From Takakia lepidozioides (taxonomy: Eukaryota; Plantae; Bryophyta): a stretch of 64,000 nt of DNA. The notes below the pieces were generated by a model. The model saw only the letters and a program-made list of their open reading frames with translations, was not told the DNA's origin and ran no database searches. Position numbers and translations under genes: made by a program. Below are positions 1 to 12,379 of this stretch, piece after piece (position 1 is the first letter of the stretch; each line of letters begins with the position of its first letter). The stretch lies in NCBI GenBank assembly GCA_030704615.1, contig CM060734.1, positions 18,228,001-18,292,000 on the forward strand, in the 5' to 3' direction.

Positions 1-665
1 GGCTGCATCCATTGTCTTCACCTACCGACACCCTGTCAGTCATGAGCTTGTTGAGAGGCCAATCGAGGTTCCAGCTTCTTGGTGAGAACAGTGCAACACG
101 GGAGCAAATTCCCAACTTACCTGAGCATGGATGGCATGCATACTTTTGGCTTCCCTCAGCTTGTGAGGGCATGCATACTTGTCACAATTCATTTTTAATA
201 AAAATGTCTCATTTGAACCAAAGTTCCACTTTTGTACAATGTTGCATTTTGTTGAATGTTGATTTTTGGCTGCGAGGGTCTGGCACTCAGTCTTGCAATC
301 AGACCCACTGGAATGCCACCTCTGTCAATTCCCTCTGTCCATGGGGAAGGTGCTTGCACGCTCGCCCCCCACGCTTCTTGTCAGACGCCGTAATTACTGG
401 TTTGCGCAGCACATCTGCACAGGTCTGCAGCCTTCTGACTGCATACCGTTGGCAGTTATTGCGCAAAGGCCAGGGGCCGCATTCCGGAGACAAGGTTCAA
501 TAACACTCTGATAGTGGATTTTTGCGAGAGTGGGCTCCCCGGATTCGTGAATAGGCTTCGTCGCTCGGAAAGATCGGCCCTGCATTCCTTTCCCTCGCTG
601 CATCCCCCCTTCTCCCAGGGCGCTTGCACGAACGCCGTCCTGGCAGTCTTGTGTACACATCTCCC

Positions 666-2019
666 ATGGCAGAAAACTTGAGCGTTATAGTGTACTGCCC
701 TCCTCACGAGCATAGAGCTACATTTCCATGCAGAGGGGAGATCTATCGGGTGATGGAGAATTAATATATCTGCATTCGATACCGCCTGGCGGGGTCGGTA
801 TTTTTGGAGGAGGAAAGGAAGGATTCAAATGGAGTTGTAGTCGAAAGTATTGTTGTGCTCCATGATGATTTCGGCGATAGTAGGGAATGGCGAGTTCCAC
901 CATCAGATAGCGTCATATACAGGGCTGTTGGGGACTTCATTTGCCCGCCAAATGCGCCTTCTATCTTGCCGCCTTCCACAAAACAATCCGTGAATCAGAG
1001 AGTGGGTACCTCAAAGAGAGAACTCCGCAACGAAGTTAATCCAGAGCCGACCCCATCAATGAAGATGAGCAAGAACCGGGTTGTTCACAACCTGTCTGAC
1101 TTAGACGAGGTCATGGAAGTTCCAAGATCATCCTGGAGATCAGCCAAGTCCTCAATGGACATCAGCGGACGAGGGAGTCATATTCCCAGCACGAGCTCAG
1201 CAACTCGATCCATTCTTGATATTTTGCGAGGGCTTCACATGGAGGGACACCGCTCGGAGCTGGCTGGGCTGGACTACAGCAAGTTTGCAATTAAATCTGT
1301 GACATGCCTTCCCGCAGATGTCGACGGCAATATCTTCTTTGAGTTCTCTCCTCGAACGGACTATTCGAGGGCGTCCGGAATGTTGACAGATATGGATAGA
1401 AAACAAGATGGTCATCCTTGGTGCGTCACCAAAACCACCAGCATGAAGATGCTCGATGGTGTGCGGGTGCGCTACGTTGTGTGTGCGGGCGCGCTGCGGT
1501 GTTTCTCCCCAACTTGCTTCCACTTTAAATCCAGAGGTCACATGAATGAGACGGATTGGACACACACAGCTCATCAACCATTTCGAGCTCAGGAAAAGGT
1601 TCCAAACTCCACATTTAAGTGTGCACATTGCAACGAACCACCACATTGCATGTCTGTTTGTAATGCCAAGCAGTTCTATGTGTTGCACCGTTTCCCTGAC
1701 CTCACATGAGCTTGCATACACGTTGTTGTGCATTGTCACAAATTGGCGAGGGGGAACTCGCGGGAGGCTACCCACGAGGCAGAGCAGCTCATTCAGGAGG
1801 AGGTTGAGACCTGGTGCCAAACCCAAACAGATACAGCTGCAGGCCGCCCATAAGATGGCATTGGCCAGAATTATGTCGGGATGGCTCCGACAGAGTTCCT
1901 CTCGATGAGAAGGAAATGGAGGCATTGCTGGAGTCAGTGTCCCACGTCTGTTCACCGAATGTCCAAAACCACATTGTCTCCTGCAAACAGAGAATTGGGC
2001 GAGGCTCGAATACAATGAC
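666..2019 (+). pseudogene. 5' part of a MULE-like transposase (family C, close to family B), interrupted by family A
   Basis: ATG at 666 gives MAENLSVIVYCPP..LEEERKD, collinear with MAPNSYAIVCCPP..LEEERKD at 34337(-). GCM-like segment DGHPWCVTKT..CAGALRC..CAHC is close to 33928-32654(-). In-frame stops and a frameshift; homology ends at GRGS (~2010). Confidence 0.85.
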
Positions 2020-2296
2020 GCTACCGCGTGAGCTTGGCGCGTGAACGTGTGAGCGTACGCTCACACAATGATGACGTGGCGTGAGCCTACGCTCACGCTG
2101 CTGACATGGCGCTGATGCTGACGTGGCGTGAGCCTGGTCCAGGTCATGCCACGTCACCACAAAGAAGGTGGGCCTATAACCGTGGAGCCCCCAACTGCTG
2201 ATTTCACCACATGAAGGTGAAACGGATGAAGGGTTTTGGGCTTTCCTGGAGTTCAACCTTCTGTTAACAGGAGCTTCATTTCGTAGAACTGAAATG

Positions 2297-2486
2297 AACC
2301 TCGTGTCGACACAAGGGGGATTTGGAGAACTTCAACAAAACCTCGTGTTAACACGAGGTTGTTTTCCTGGAACAAAAATGAACTTCGTGTTGACACGATG
2401 TTGTTTTCTGAGAACTAAAATCATCCTTGTGTCAACACAAGGAGGATTTGGAGAACTTCAAGTAAACCTCGTGTTGAGACGAGGTT
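2297..2486. repeat. Five 22-bp palindromes (AACCTCGTGT-NN-ACACGAGGTT) at an exact 42-bp period
   Basis: Copies start at 2297, 2339, 2381, 2423 and 2465; 2339-2360 is a perfect palindrome. Confidence 0.95.
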
Positions 2487-2668
2487 GATTTGATCATCTG
2501 TCTATCTGAAGGTAGTTTCTTGTGTTTGCTAATGAAAAGAGAATGACAAACCAATGCGACAAATGCATTGACCCACGCATAGCAAAGATGTTAGACGACA
2601 TACATTGAGAGTCACTGGACTTGAACAGTCATTCCATTACAAGTTGTAGTCAAGGAAAACACAGATTT

Positions 2669-5600
2669 TTATGGGCTTGTATCTCGCTGTAGAAGTGTGT
2701 TGACTTCGTTGAAACTCATAGTGGCTTGGTGAATGAAGAAGTCGCGCTTTGGATCACAAACCATCCTTCTCAAGAAGACGAAGTAAAGGTGTTTGCACGG
2801 TATGAACTTCCCTCTCTTTCCCAAACTACTTGAAAGCATACCAACAAAATCAGGACATGTACAATTGGGAAAATTGGAAACAGTGATTTCGTACGTCCTG
2901 TCCTGCAGCGCAGATGCGGATGAGATCATGGTGAAGACCCGACCATACCCTGGATCAGGCACTTCCATTGTTCCCGCAACACGAGCGTGAAGCATTCTGG
3001 CGGACTCAATTTTGCCGTAGTGTTCTGCGGTCGGAGGGAATCGTCGAACCAGCTTCCCATTCCGTCTGGTTGGCCACAAGTGAGCGTCAGGCGGAGGTAC
3101 CCGTGAACCGCTTCCACTTGAAGCACCTTCACGTGCAATGGAATGTCTGGCTAGGGAGAAACCCGCCTCTTCCAGCATTGCGATCTCTCGGTGAGTGAGA
3201 CCTGTGCCCATCTTCACAGGCCACACGGTTGGTGGAGTAGGCTTCCTTACCACGGAAGGCCTCATTGTACCATGCACACATCTCCCACAATCGTCAGCGC
3301 AGAACCAGAACTTGTGGTTCTTTGCCTTGCCTTGTCCGTAAGGGAGAAACAAACCCGTGAATGTAGGAGCTGCAGTGCGTTCTTTCCCTCTGGAGATTAA
3401 TGATGTACATTTTTCATGATTGGTGGCCCTGATCGCCGCGCATTTCACATGAGATCCAGCACTTGTGCGTTCTATATGCCAAACCTCGTCCAAGCCCATG
3501 GACTCGATTATATGCGGCACCACGTTCTGGTCTTCAACCATTGCAGTGACAATGCTTGATGCAGGGGTCCGGTCTGGGGCAGAGTAGCCCTCACCTGTGG
3601 ATGTTCCGCAATTCCATCTCTGATCCAAGAGAACACGTGGCATCGAGAAGTTCACCCTGTCCACCCTATGGGAATCTGCATCCGATTCCGGAGGGGTGTC
3701 CAATTTCCGTTTGCAAGACCCGAATCTCTCTTCGCCTTCCAGATGGGGAACTCTTCCCACGAGAGGGGTGCCATCTGCACATATGCTCACTGCCCGCGCT
3801 ATTTTGCTGGGATCCCCTGATCTTCCAGCTGCCCGCAACATCAACTCGCTCCTGTCCGGACCTTTGCCACCAAGGCCACCCCTCAAGAATGACCTATATC
3901 CGGTTTGCTGCTGCAGAGCACGAATGATGTCATCGGCCGTCGCCACATACAAATCTCTCCCTTTTTTGCCGGATTGCTGCAACCAGGCATTGTGCACTGT
4001 CTCCGCAAGATTGCAAGAAGGCATGTCCGCCATCTCCTCAATGGACATATGCTGCAAGGCAAAAAAATAGAAAGCTGATATTAGGATTGGATCCTGAAAG
4101 ATATATCCGAAGCACCCAAACGAAGGTGAATACAAACCACTCACCGTTGTCATGGCCGCTCCCCACTGTCGGTAACGGAAGTGCCAAAATGCGAACCAGT
4201 CTTGCAGTGCCCTCATGCTGTCCTCCGATGCCGCTCCAGATTAGTACCATCAGGCACGAATTGTCTGGAACAATGTATTCGCTTCCCCCATAGTTTTGGC
4301 GTCTTTGTATTGGTTGCACAGTTGGCGATGCATAGTCTGCATATCTGGCTTGATGTATGTCTTTGTGTGTTTGTCCAGGGATTGTGTCCAATGGAAAAGA
4401 CATGTACGTTCTCTCTCCAGGCATTGGCACTTTTGGGTCTCCCGTCCCGAACACAATGCGGACAGCGTTGAAGTTAGCTTGAGCACTATCGGCCATGAAA
4501 CCGACGAAATTGGGAGATGGGAGACCATTGGAGGCCATAACTCGAATGAGAGCTTCCCACATGAGCTGTTGTGAATCTGTGTCCTCTGACTGCATGTCAC
4601 ACACTGCAATTGTCATGACTCGCTGGTACACAGGGTCATAAACATGACATGCCATTGTGGTCCAGTCTTTAACCCTCTTGACATGATCGAACATAAGGAA
4701 GCAGTTGCCAAGATCGCCACCCTTCTGCATACGTTTAACCAGGCTGACCCCGCTGCCCTCACCTTTTGTGGACATTTTGAACAAGAACACTTTCCTGGCT
4801 CCTTGTCCCGGGAAAACGCTGTCTTGGATGTAGTCATGCATGCTCCTTTTCTTCAAATCCATAATATTGTCCATATAACCTCGACTCCCAGAGCCCATTC
4901 TTAAAGCGTTCACCTGATTCCTAATGTTTGGAGAAGTCAAAGTTGAGAAATGGTCCATAACAGTGTCCAAAGCCGATCCCTCCAGTATTCCTCCAACCGA
5001 ATTTGATGCACACAGAACACGGCTTTCCAGAAAGGACTTGCTCGCCCCCATGGCAATTGCAGATGTGGTTCCACTTGGATTGGTATCCAACTCTTGCCTT
5101 ATCAGACGCAAGACTGTGTCAACGCTCTCCCTATAATCCCCTTGGACACAGGGTGGTTGTGAAACCGAAATGGATACAGGCTCTAGTCAGGGTTTTGAAT
5201 CGATGCACCACATAATACATTCTGGCGCCACACAAAGCAAGGCAGCAAGGTGGTACCCTACAGAACTTGCACACAAAAGTGTTACTGTATGGTGGTGTCA
5301 CCCCAGGCTTGAATGGATTCTCACTGACACCATCCCATTCGCTTTGGTTTTGCACACCTGACAATGCGAAGTGTCTGCATTTCATGTTCTCGCATTTCAG
5401 GTGCCCATTACAGACTGTTCGCCTGAATATGAGGTTGTCGTTGTTGTGAATATTGGAGGTTTTTGTGCGGCACCAAGGGTGTCTATCGTGCTTTTTGTCC
5501 GTTCCTTCCAGGAGACTGGAAATGCCCCCCACGCGACCAGGAGGAGGCAGCTCGAAAACAATATTACCATCAAAAGATTTCGGCAAGAATGCCACCTCTG

Positions 5601-6164
5601 AATATTGAAAGTGCTCCAGTCTATCCCCCTCAACTCACTCTTGAATCCTGCCATCCCACCCATGGCTTTCAGTTTAGGAATGACACTGGTGATCTCCTCC
5701 ACATCTGCTTCTACATGTGGACATGGCTGATCCACGGGCGGTATTGCACATGTGTCATAGGATGAGTCCGAAAGCTCAACTACAGTGTTAATGGTACTCG
5801 TCTCCTTCTTGACAACCACGGGTGTTTTCTCCTGGGCCACTGATGCTGCCGTGCCAGGAGTTACGAAAGATCCTGCAGACTGTCTCAGAAGAGCACTGAG
5901 CACCCTGTATCTGCCTGGAGGCACTCTCCATTGTGTGGCTGGTGCAGTATGCGAAGGTTTCTGGAACACGTACTTGAGCAGTTTTCCATTGGCATCGTAT
6001 ACTTCCCTTTGAAGGAATAGAGTTCCATTTTCCAACCGAAACTGTGTTGCGAGGACGTGTTCATGCATCAGCGCAAAACCATCATCTTCCACCTCGTAAG
6101 AAAATGGCACAGGGTGGTCCTCACTGAAGAAGTCGTCAAGGGAGCCCATGGCCTGGGAGGCCAT
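2669..6164 (-). pseudogene. MULE-like transposase, family A (GCM/WRKY-like Zn domain, DDE, SWIM); frameshifted, one intron 4052-4144
   Basis: FLMFDHVKR (D1), FMADSAQANFNAV (D2), CLFHW (CxxH), CNLAETVHNAW (E); C-terminal SWIM CTCPDF..PCKHLYFV; GT-AG intron at the same position as in family B. Confidence 0.9.
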
Positions 6165-7340
6165 ATGTCGATGTTGCTTCAGAAAGTAGAGTTTTCAGTC
6201 CAACGGTGCTTGTGAATGCAAATTGTGTGGGAGCGGAGTTTTTGGCGTCCTCACAGAGAATTGCAGGTATCGCTCCCGGCTTGCAGATCTCCTAACGCGG
6301 GTTCCACTTCTGTGAAATGTCTCCCCATGCGAACCAAGCGCATGGTCACAGAGTGCCCAAATGCGCAGTCCATAATGTCAGCCCTAATCTTAGAATCCAA
6401 CTGTTTTTTCACAAGTGCCCCACCAGTGCATTCGTTGACAGATTGACTGACAGAGCCGCCGTTTGGTTGTCATGTCAGAGAGGCCAGAAGAGATGCCCAT
6501 TTCCATTTAATTTTAACGGCACCTGCACCGCTGTACAACTGTACATACTTGACATTCCTCTGGAACATCCCAGAATAAATTGCCCAATAATGAACTTTTT
6601 CAGATGAGAGGTGATTAGACCCCAACGATTTTTGGATGGATGAGGATCCAATGATCTCCGCCGATATTTCATAACGATTAGATGGACACGTGTTCACCAT
6701 GCATGTGGAATGAGTCAGTGGCGCACTGAACGTTGCGAGTGAACATCTTGGCGTTGAAGGCCTTGCGATGAACCTCCCATAGTCCTTTTTTTTCCCTCTT
6801 CTCCTTATTGTCTTTGCAACCCTGGATTCTGCAGAGACGGTGACCCCATTCCGAGGGAGAAGCAAGCGTCGAAGAACACTTTATTTCACATCAAACAAGC
6901 AAAGGGCACGCGCTAAGGAGAGGATGAGGAGGCGAGACGGGAACTTAGAATGGGAGAAGAAACTTCCGGCGTAGATGAAGACGAAGGGCAAAACAGGATT
7001 CTGCAACCGCAGTGTGGAGAGGAAGGTCTTCAAGTGATCCCGGAGGCGACCGATGAGCAACCTCCAATAGAAGGGGGAGGACGAGGAAGTGAGCTGGGCT
7101 CGGGAGAAAGCACTGCGAGTAGAGAAACAGGTCTTCAAAGAGCAGGGAGAACAACGGACGCGGAAACGATGCCGTCTGCCCTTGTTTCGCACCATCGGGA
7201 CCTCCTTGGAAGCATGCTACCTCCAGACCACATGGAAAGATTCAATGCGTCAGGAGCATCATCAAGTGCAAAGAAGAAACCGGAGGTGGCTATGAACTCT
7301 CTTTCTCTCTCTCTGATTCTGTCTGTTCTTGCTAAACATT

Positions 7341-8454
7341 GAGGTCGACATCAACCTTGCGTCAACGCAAGGTTGAAGTCGACCTCCTAAGTATATATAT
7401 TGGGCATCAAAACAGTGCAGATGCTGCACTACAATCAAGCTAGACAGACATGGATGCTTGCGACGCATCATCAAGTTCGAAGAAGAAGCAGAGACAGCAA
7501 TCTCCTTTTCCTGTAGCTTTTGTGTTTGTTCAACACCGATCCGAGAGCTCGCAATCACCCTTGCGTCAACGCAAGGTTGATGCCAACCTCCATGGTGTAT
7601 GTTAGAACTTCTAGTGAAACGAACAGATGCCGCACAGGAATCAACATTGCGTTGACGCAAGGTTGGTTTTGATGATTTTTTTGTTCAATGGAAGCGTCCG
7701 ATCTCTCATACCCTGAACTGTAAGGTAGGGAAAGTAGATTAGTTGAAGCTCCCAAAAGAACCCTGCGTCAATGCAAAGCATTTTTTGCTTCAATCGTGCA
7801 TGGCTGTCAAGAGCTGCGTGACACGTCCTTTGTGATCGAGAACCATGGAAACCACGCTCCAGTGCCATTCAATGTCGTCCGAGTGCAAGCTTGAAATGTA
7901 ATCCATCCAGGCAAGCAGTCTGTGGTTCCCATCCCAGACAAAAAACATCTTTCCCATGAATGCTTTTGTGGAGGCCTTTTTGGACAGCTTAAACTCGAAC
8001 TCCCTGTTTACATCCCGCCAGCATGCATCCCAACCTTGCTCAATGTCCTCTGTTACAAGACACTCCTCTCCTTTCGTGTTCATAGTGGATACGTAGAACA
8101 CTGCTGATCCCTTGACATAGCCGTGAACAAAGTCGTTCTTCAACTTCGTTATATCATTCCTCAATGCCGGTCGAACAGCGGGCATGGAGATCATCCTGCA
8201 CAGCGGAATGACCAGGTTTCCGCCGGGAACCTCCATCGACATAATCACCTTCGACGAGTTCACTTTTTGCCCACCCATTATCTCCTCGGCCTTGTCTTCA
8301 TAGTCTCCCTCCAATGAGTCTTCCTCACCTTCACCTTCTGACGCGGCCAAATCTTCCCCCTCGGATTTCTTTTTTCTTTTCCTCCGCACAGAATGAATTA
8401 TCTGTGAGTGACAGATTGAGCACCCATGGATCAACCTTGCTTTGACGCAAGGTT
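7341..8454. repeat. Dispersed family A palindromes AACCTTGCGT-NN-ACGCAAGGTT
   Basis: Copies at 7353 (extends to a 46-bp near-perfect palindrome, 7341-7386), 7557, 7643, 7759 (degenerate) and 8433. Confidence 0.9.
7790..8390 (-). pseudogene. ParB/Sulfiredoxin-like domain exon, homologue of the family B cargo gene
   Basis: IPLCRMISMPAVRPAL..FYVS..GKMFFVWDGNHRLLAW..AMHD aligns with IPLCRMVSLPIVRQAL..FYVS..GKMFFVWDGNHRLLAW..AMAD at 37355-38269. Confidence 0.8.
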
Positions 8455-8519
8455 GATTGATGGGGATGTAGTTTAGACTGAAAGGCATACAGGATCGTCC
8501 TCCAACCAGCCCTCACAAG

Positions 8520-9150
8520 GCTCCACAGGCCTGCAAAACATTGGCCTCAAAGGACCCCAAATAGTCCTTCAAACAGCCCCAACCAGGCTCCACAAGCCTG
8601 CAAGATATTGGCTTCAATAGACCCCAAATAGTCCTCAAAGCAGGCCCCAATACATGTAAGATATTGGCCTCAGTAGACCCCAAATAGTCCTCAAAGCAGG
8701 CCCCAATACCTGTTAGATATTAGCCTCAATAGATCCCAAATAGTCCTCAAACAAGCCCCTGAAGGCTCCAAAAATATCCACAGTCAGTCGATTTTTCATC
8801 CGTCACTGACCGAATTTCATCCAAAACCGTGATTTCTCATCCGCAGGTCCGATATTTCATCCTCCGCGATAGTTCATCCGTCGGTGCAATATTTCATCCA
8901 CTGGCGCGATTTCATCCGCTGTCGCAGTTTCATCCGTCGCCGCAATTTTTCATCCAATAGTGTGATAGTGAATCCGCTGACGAGGTTTCATCCGCTGATG
9001 CAGTTTCATCCGTCGCCGCAATTTTTCATCCAATAGTGCGATAGTTCATCCTCTGACGAGATTTCATCCGCTGGCGCAGTTTCATCCACTGCAACCAATT
9101 CTCATCCAAGAGCGCCGATTTTCATCCATTGGTTCAATAGTTCATCCGAT
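8520..9150. repeat. Two tandem arrays: GACCCCAAATAGTCCTCAAA units (8520-8760) and TTCATCC units of 18-21 bp (8790-9150)
   Basis: Directly visible repeats; resemble transposon subterminal arrays. Confidence 0.85.
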
Positions 9151-10430
9151 GGGCCAATGGTGGTGCTCCCAACTCTAGGGCAATGTTCCCACGCGTTCCC
9201 TCGAGTTCCCAAGGAATTCACACGCATTCCCAAGCGTTCCCACAAGTTCCCAAGCTAGGGTTTGCGCCGCTTTGCCTCTGCGATTGCTGCAACGAGCTAT
9301 GGCTTCTATGGAGCAACCAGAGGTGTTGTTCTTGGTTTCTTGAGCATCAATAGACCACCAAGAATGCCTCTAACTCCCTGAGCAAGCTATTTGCCACACA
9401 ACAAGCTCTCTTTCTCTATAGAACTTGTTGAAACAAGCATAGAACAAGCTGTTGAGTTTTCTATGGCATATCCTCTTCTAGCCATCGCATGCACTCATAA
9501 TGCTTCCTTCTATGGCCATAGTGTACCTCTTAGAGCTCTTAATCCAGCCCTGCACTTGCAACTTCCATAGACATGTTCTTCCCAAGCTTGGGATTGAAAC
9601 CCCAACTCAAAGCATGCTCTACAAATACACTATTCTGCCCCAAAGATAAATCAGATGTCTACCTCCACTCATAGCTCTCCTAAGCTTGAAGTTGAAGACT
9701 CCCACAAGCTGAAACCATGCTCCACACATGCACCGCTTGCTTCCGTAACACCCGAGCTCTTCTTGAACTCCTCAAACCCTGCAACTTTGCAGAACAAGAG
9801 CTTCTTCACAAGTTCTCAAACTTTTCAATGGGGCTCTCCTTGAAGACCTCCTCTTGTACATAAACACCACAAGGCTTTCCTCTTGCAAACCCTGCAACAC
9901 CTTGTAATTTAAGAGCTATCTACCAAGCTCTCTTCCACACAAGTGCTAACTATGCTAACACCTTGCACTCATCGATGTAAGCAGGTCTTCTTCTAGTGAA
10001 ATGGTGAAAGAGGAGAAACCACTCTATCACGTTATATAAGTCAAGCCAATGACACATTTGCTAAAGGACTCCACCATACAGACCTCACCCACTCTCAATC
10101 TCAAGTACTAGAGCTATGGCGGCGAGAGAGAGGCCTCGGGAGGCTCGACTAGAAGAAGACGAGCCTGCCTACGTCTCACGTGGAGATAACCTCCCCACAT
10201 CCCAAGTGAGGTTCGCCACCTCACTTGGCACATAGAACCAAATGAAGTCCCAATGCCAACAAAATACAAATATAAATGTATAATATCCTAATTAGTTAGA
10301 AATAACTATTTCTAACTAAACACAAACAAAACCATGACATATCTTATACGAGCCACAATTGATACCAAATCCGGGAGTATGCCTACTATTTGACTGAAAA
10401 ACATCAGTCTACCTGGAATATAATGATGGC

Positions 10431-10640
10431 ATGACATGCCAAGTGTGTGCCAGGGAGGCCTTGGAGATCTATGAGCAAATGCTACAGGCAGCAGGCGTCA
10501 GCCAGCCAAAGGGGATAGAGGTCCATGCTAGCATCATCAAAGGTGGAATTGTGCCAGATATCATTCTAGAGAGTACCCTTGTCGATATGCAGGCCAAATG
10601 CAGGAGCATAAGGAATGTTTGTCATGTGTCCACTGTACGA
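10431..10640 (+). pseudogene. PLS-class PPR gene fragment
   Basis: AREALEIYEQM..EVHASIIKGGIVPDIILESTLVDMQAKCRSI resembles the PPR L/S-motif consensus (LVDMYAKCGSI); short and degenerate. Confidence 0.75.
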
Positions 10641-11047
10641 TACGCAAGGTATGTTCTCATGGAGGACAGTATTCTCACTTATTGGGTCTCTTTGTCTATC
10701 CATTGTTCTCCCACTACATAATAGTTAAATCTGAATTGTTCCATGTATTGAGGGTAACAGAATGCCTGGAGTAGGAAATGAAATGAAAAGAGCTGGCATA
10801 TAGGACACAAGCGAACTCATACACCACTCTTTACCAAAGCAAAAGGTTTGAAGAGAATTAAAAACCTAGTCAGAATTGCAACAAGGTTGTTTGGTTAGAC
10901 TAATGGGACAGAACCCCAAGACTTCAAATCCTGAAAATTTTCCAGCCACTGCTACTCAAAACTATCCACACTGCTTCAGTTACTGGAAAACAATGGCCAA
11001 CAAACCAGCTCTGCAGCAGACGGAGAAAAAGGTGGGAGATGCAGTAC

Positions 11048-12097
11048 ATGCATTTTTCGATGTAATTTTCATTCGCTTCAGCATACCACGTGCGAGCTCC
11101 CATCTGCAACCAATTCCTTTTCCTTATGCATACTCTGAAGTTGTATGCATCACTACTACTGCTTACTGATTGGTAAGCAGACTATGACATTTAGATCTCC
11201 CACTTTGAAATTGAAATAATGACTAATTTGGAACGGATGAAAAAGGGAAATGAAATGAAGGGAAAGAAAAATATAGAAAACAGAGGGGGCCAGTGGACCT
11301 ACCTTGATATCAACAATACAAGGGTGGCGGAAGCTGTGAGTTAAATCCTCCATCACCACATATCGTTACCAACAAATGTTAAGAGTCAACAACTACAAAA
11401 GACACATGAGGATTTCACGTAATTGAAATTTCCATGGTACAGTGGCGATTGAGAAAGGAAGAGGCCCATTTTCGTACTACCAACGAGGCATGAAAGGTCA
11501 TCCCTGTTTCATTGGGCTACCCTTTTCTTGCTTGTGTGCGTTTATGAGGCCACCTGCAATGCCCTCTTGCTCTTCCCGATGATCAGTTCAGCGGAGTTCC
11601 TGAGAATTACCAAGGCCCCTTCAAGCCTCTTGCTCCTCTTACCCTATCTATAAAGTCAGCCCATAATTCACATCCATGACTGTTGACACAAGCATGCCCA
11701 GGCTGCAGTAGACTACTGTCAAATATCAAGTGTTATCCACAACTGTAGAGGGATTAGGAGAAACTTCATAGAGCGTTTTCTATGACATTCTCAGTTCTCC
11801 TTCAATATACTTAGCATAAACAACCCCTTCCTAGCCAAAGAACTGTTGAGTGGACTCCAAGAGATTGGAAGTTGTAAGGATATTGTTTGGGCCACCGTTA
11901 TTGGGATGGTCAGTGTTGATAGTACCATAAAAGTATGGGAAGTATCCCTCGACCGAGGGAGGGACATCTTTGTCTTCCCATACCTCCTTGTAAAATGTAA
12001 TCTCATTGTCACCTCGCGAACCATCTTGCAAGGGCTTGTAGAAGTGGCCAGAATCATCCACAAGTGAGCCCAAGCGCCCCTCTGCAGCCCCTCCAAA
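11048..12097 (-). CDS. IPK2: Inositol polyphosphate multikinase-like gene, three internal exons (12097-11884, 11364-11303, 11103-~11048)
   Basis: Spliced reading GSLVDDSGHFYKPLQDGSRGDNEITFY..YFPYFYGT..RYVVMEDL..PCIVDIKMGARTWY..YIEKC contains the PxxxDxKxG inositol-phosphate-kinase signature. First and last exons not located. Confidence 0.85.
11365..11883 (-). other. U12-type (minor spliceosome) AT-AC intron, 519 bp
   Basis: 5' site ATATCCTT at 11883, branch TCTTAAC at 11384-11378, 3' AC at 11366-11365; removal restores the reading frame. Confidence 0.85.
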
Positions 12098-12379
12098 CTG
12101 AATGCAAAAATCAATGCTTTGAGACAAAACCACACTCACGAGTTTCATCTTCCAACTCATGCACTTATATGCTCTGACAGTCCATGGACATCACCTAAAA
12201 TACAAAGGTGTTGGTCTTAAGTTTAAGACATCTACCGTATATAAGAATGGGAAGGAAAATACTGAGTGGGGCCCTGGAGGATATTATCGGAGTGGGGCCC
12301 TGGAGGATTGAACTTGCATTGGTCGAGAAGTAAGATGAAGTTGTAAGAAAGTCTTCCCCCCTGCAGGGGAATCTGCTTG

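Larger units (their letters stand above)
2020..8490 (-). mobile_element. MULE-like element, family A (left terminus present; right part truncated or rearranged)
   Basis: Starts GCTACCGCGTGAGC followed by GCGTGAGC subterminal repeats, a palindrome array, a minus-strand transposase and a ParB-like exon, like family B. No right terminus found. Confidence 0.7.

Noticed and set aside
10292-10319. Perfect 13-2-13 AT-rich hairpin
   Set aside because: Single copy, lacks the TGCG core, and no supporting context.
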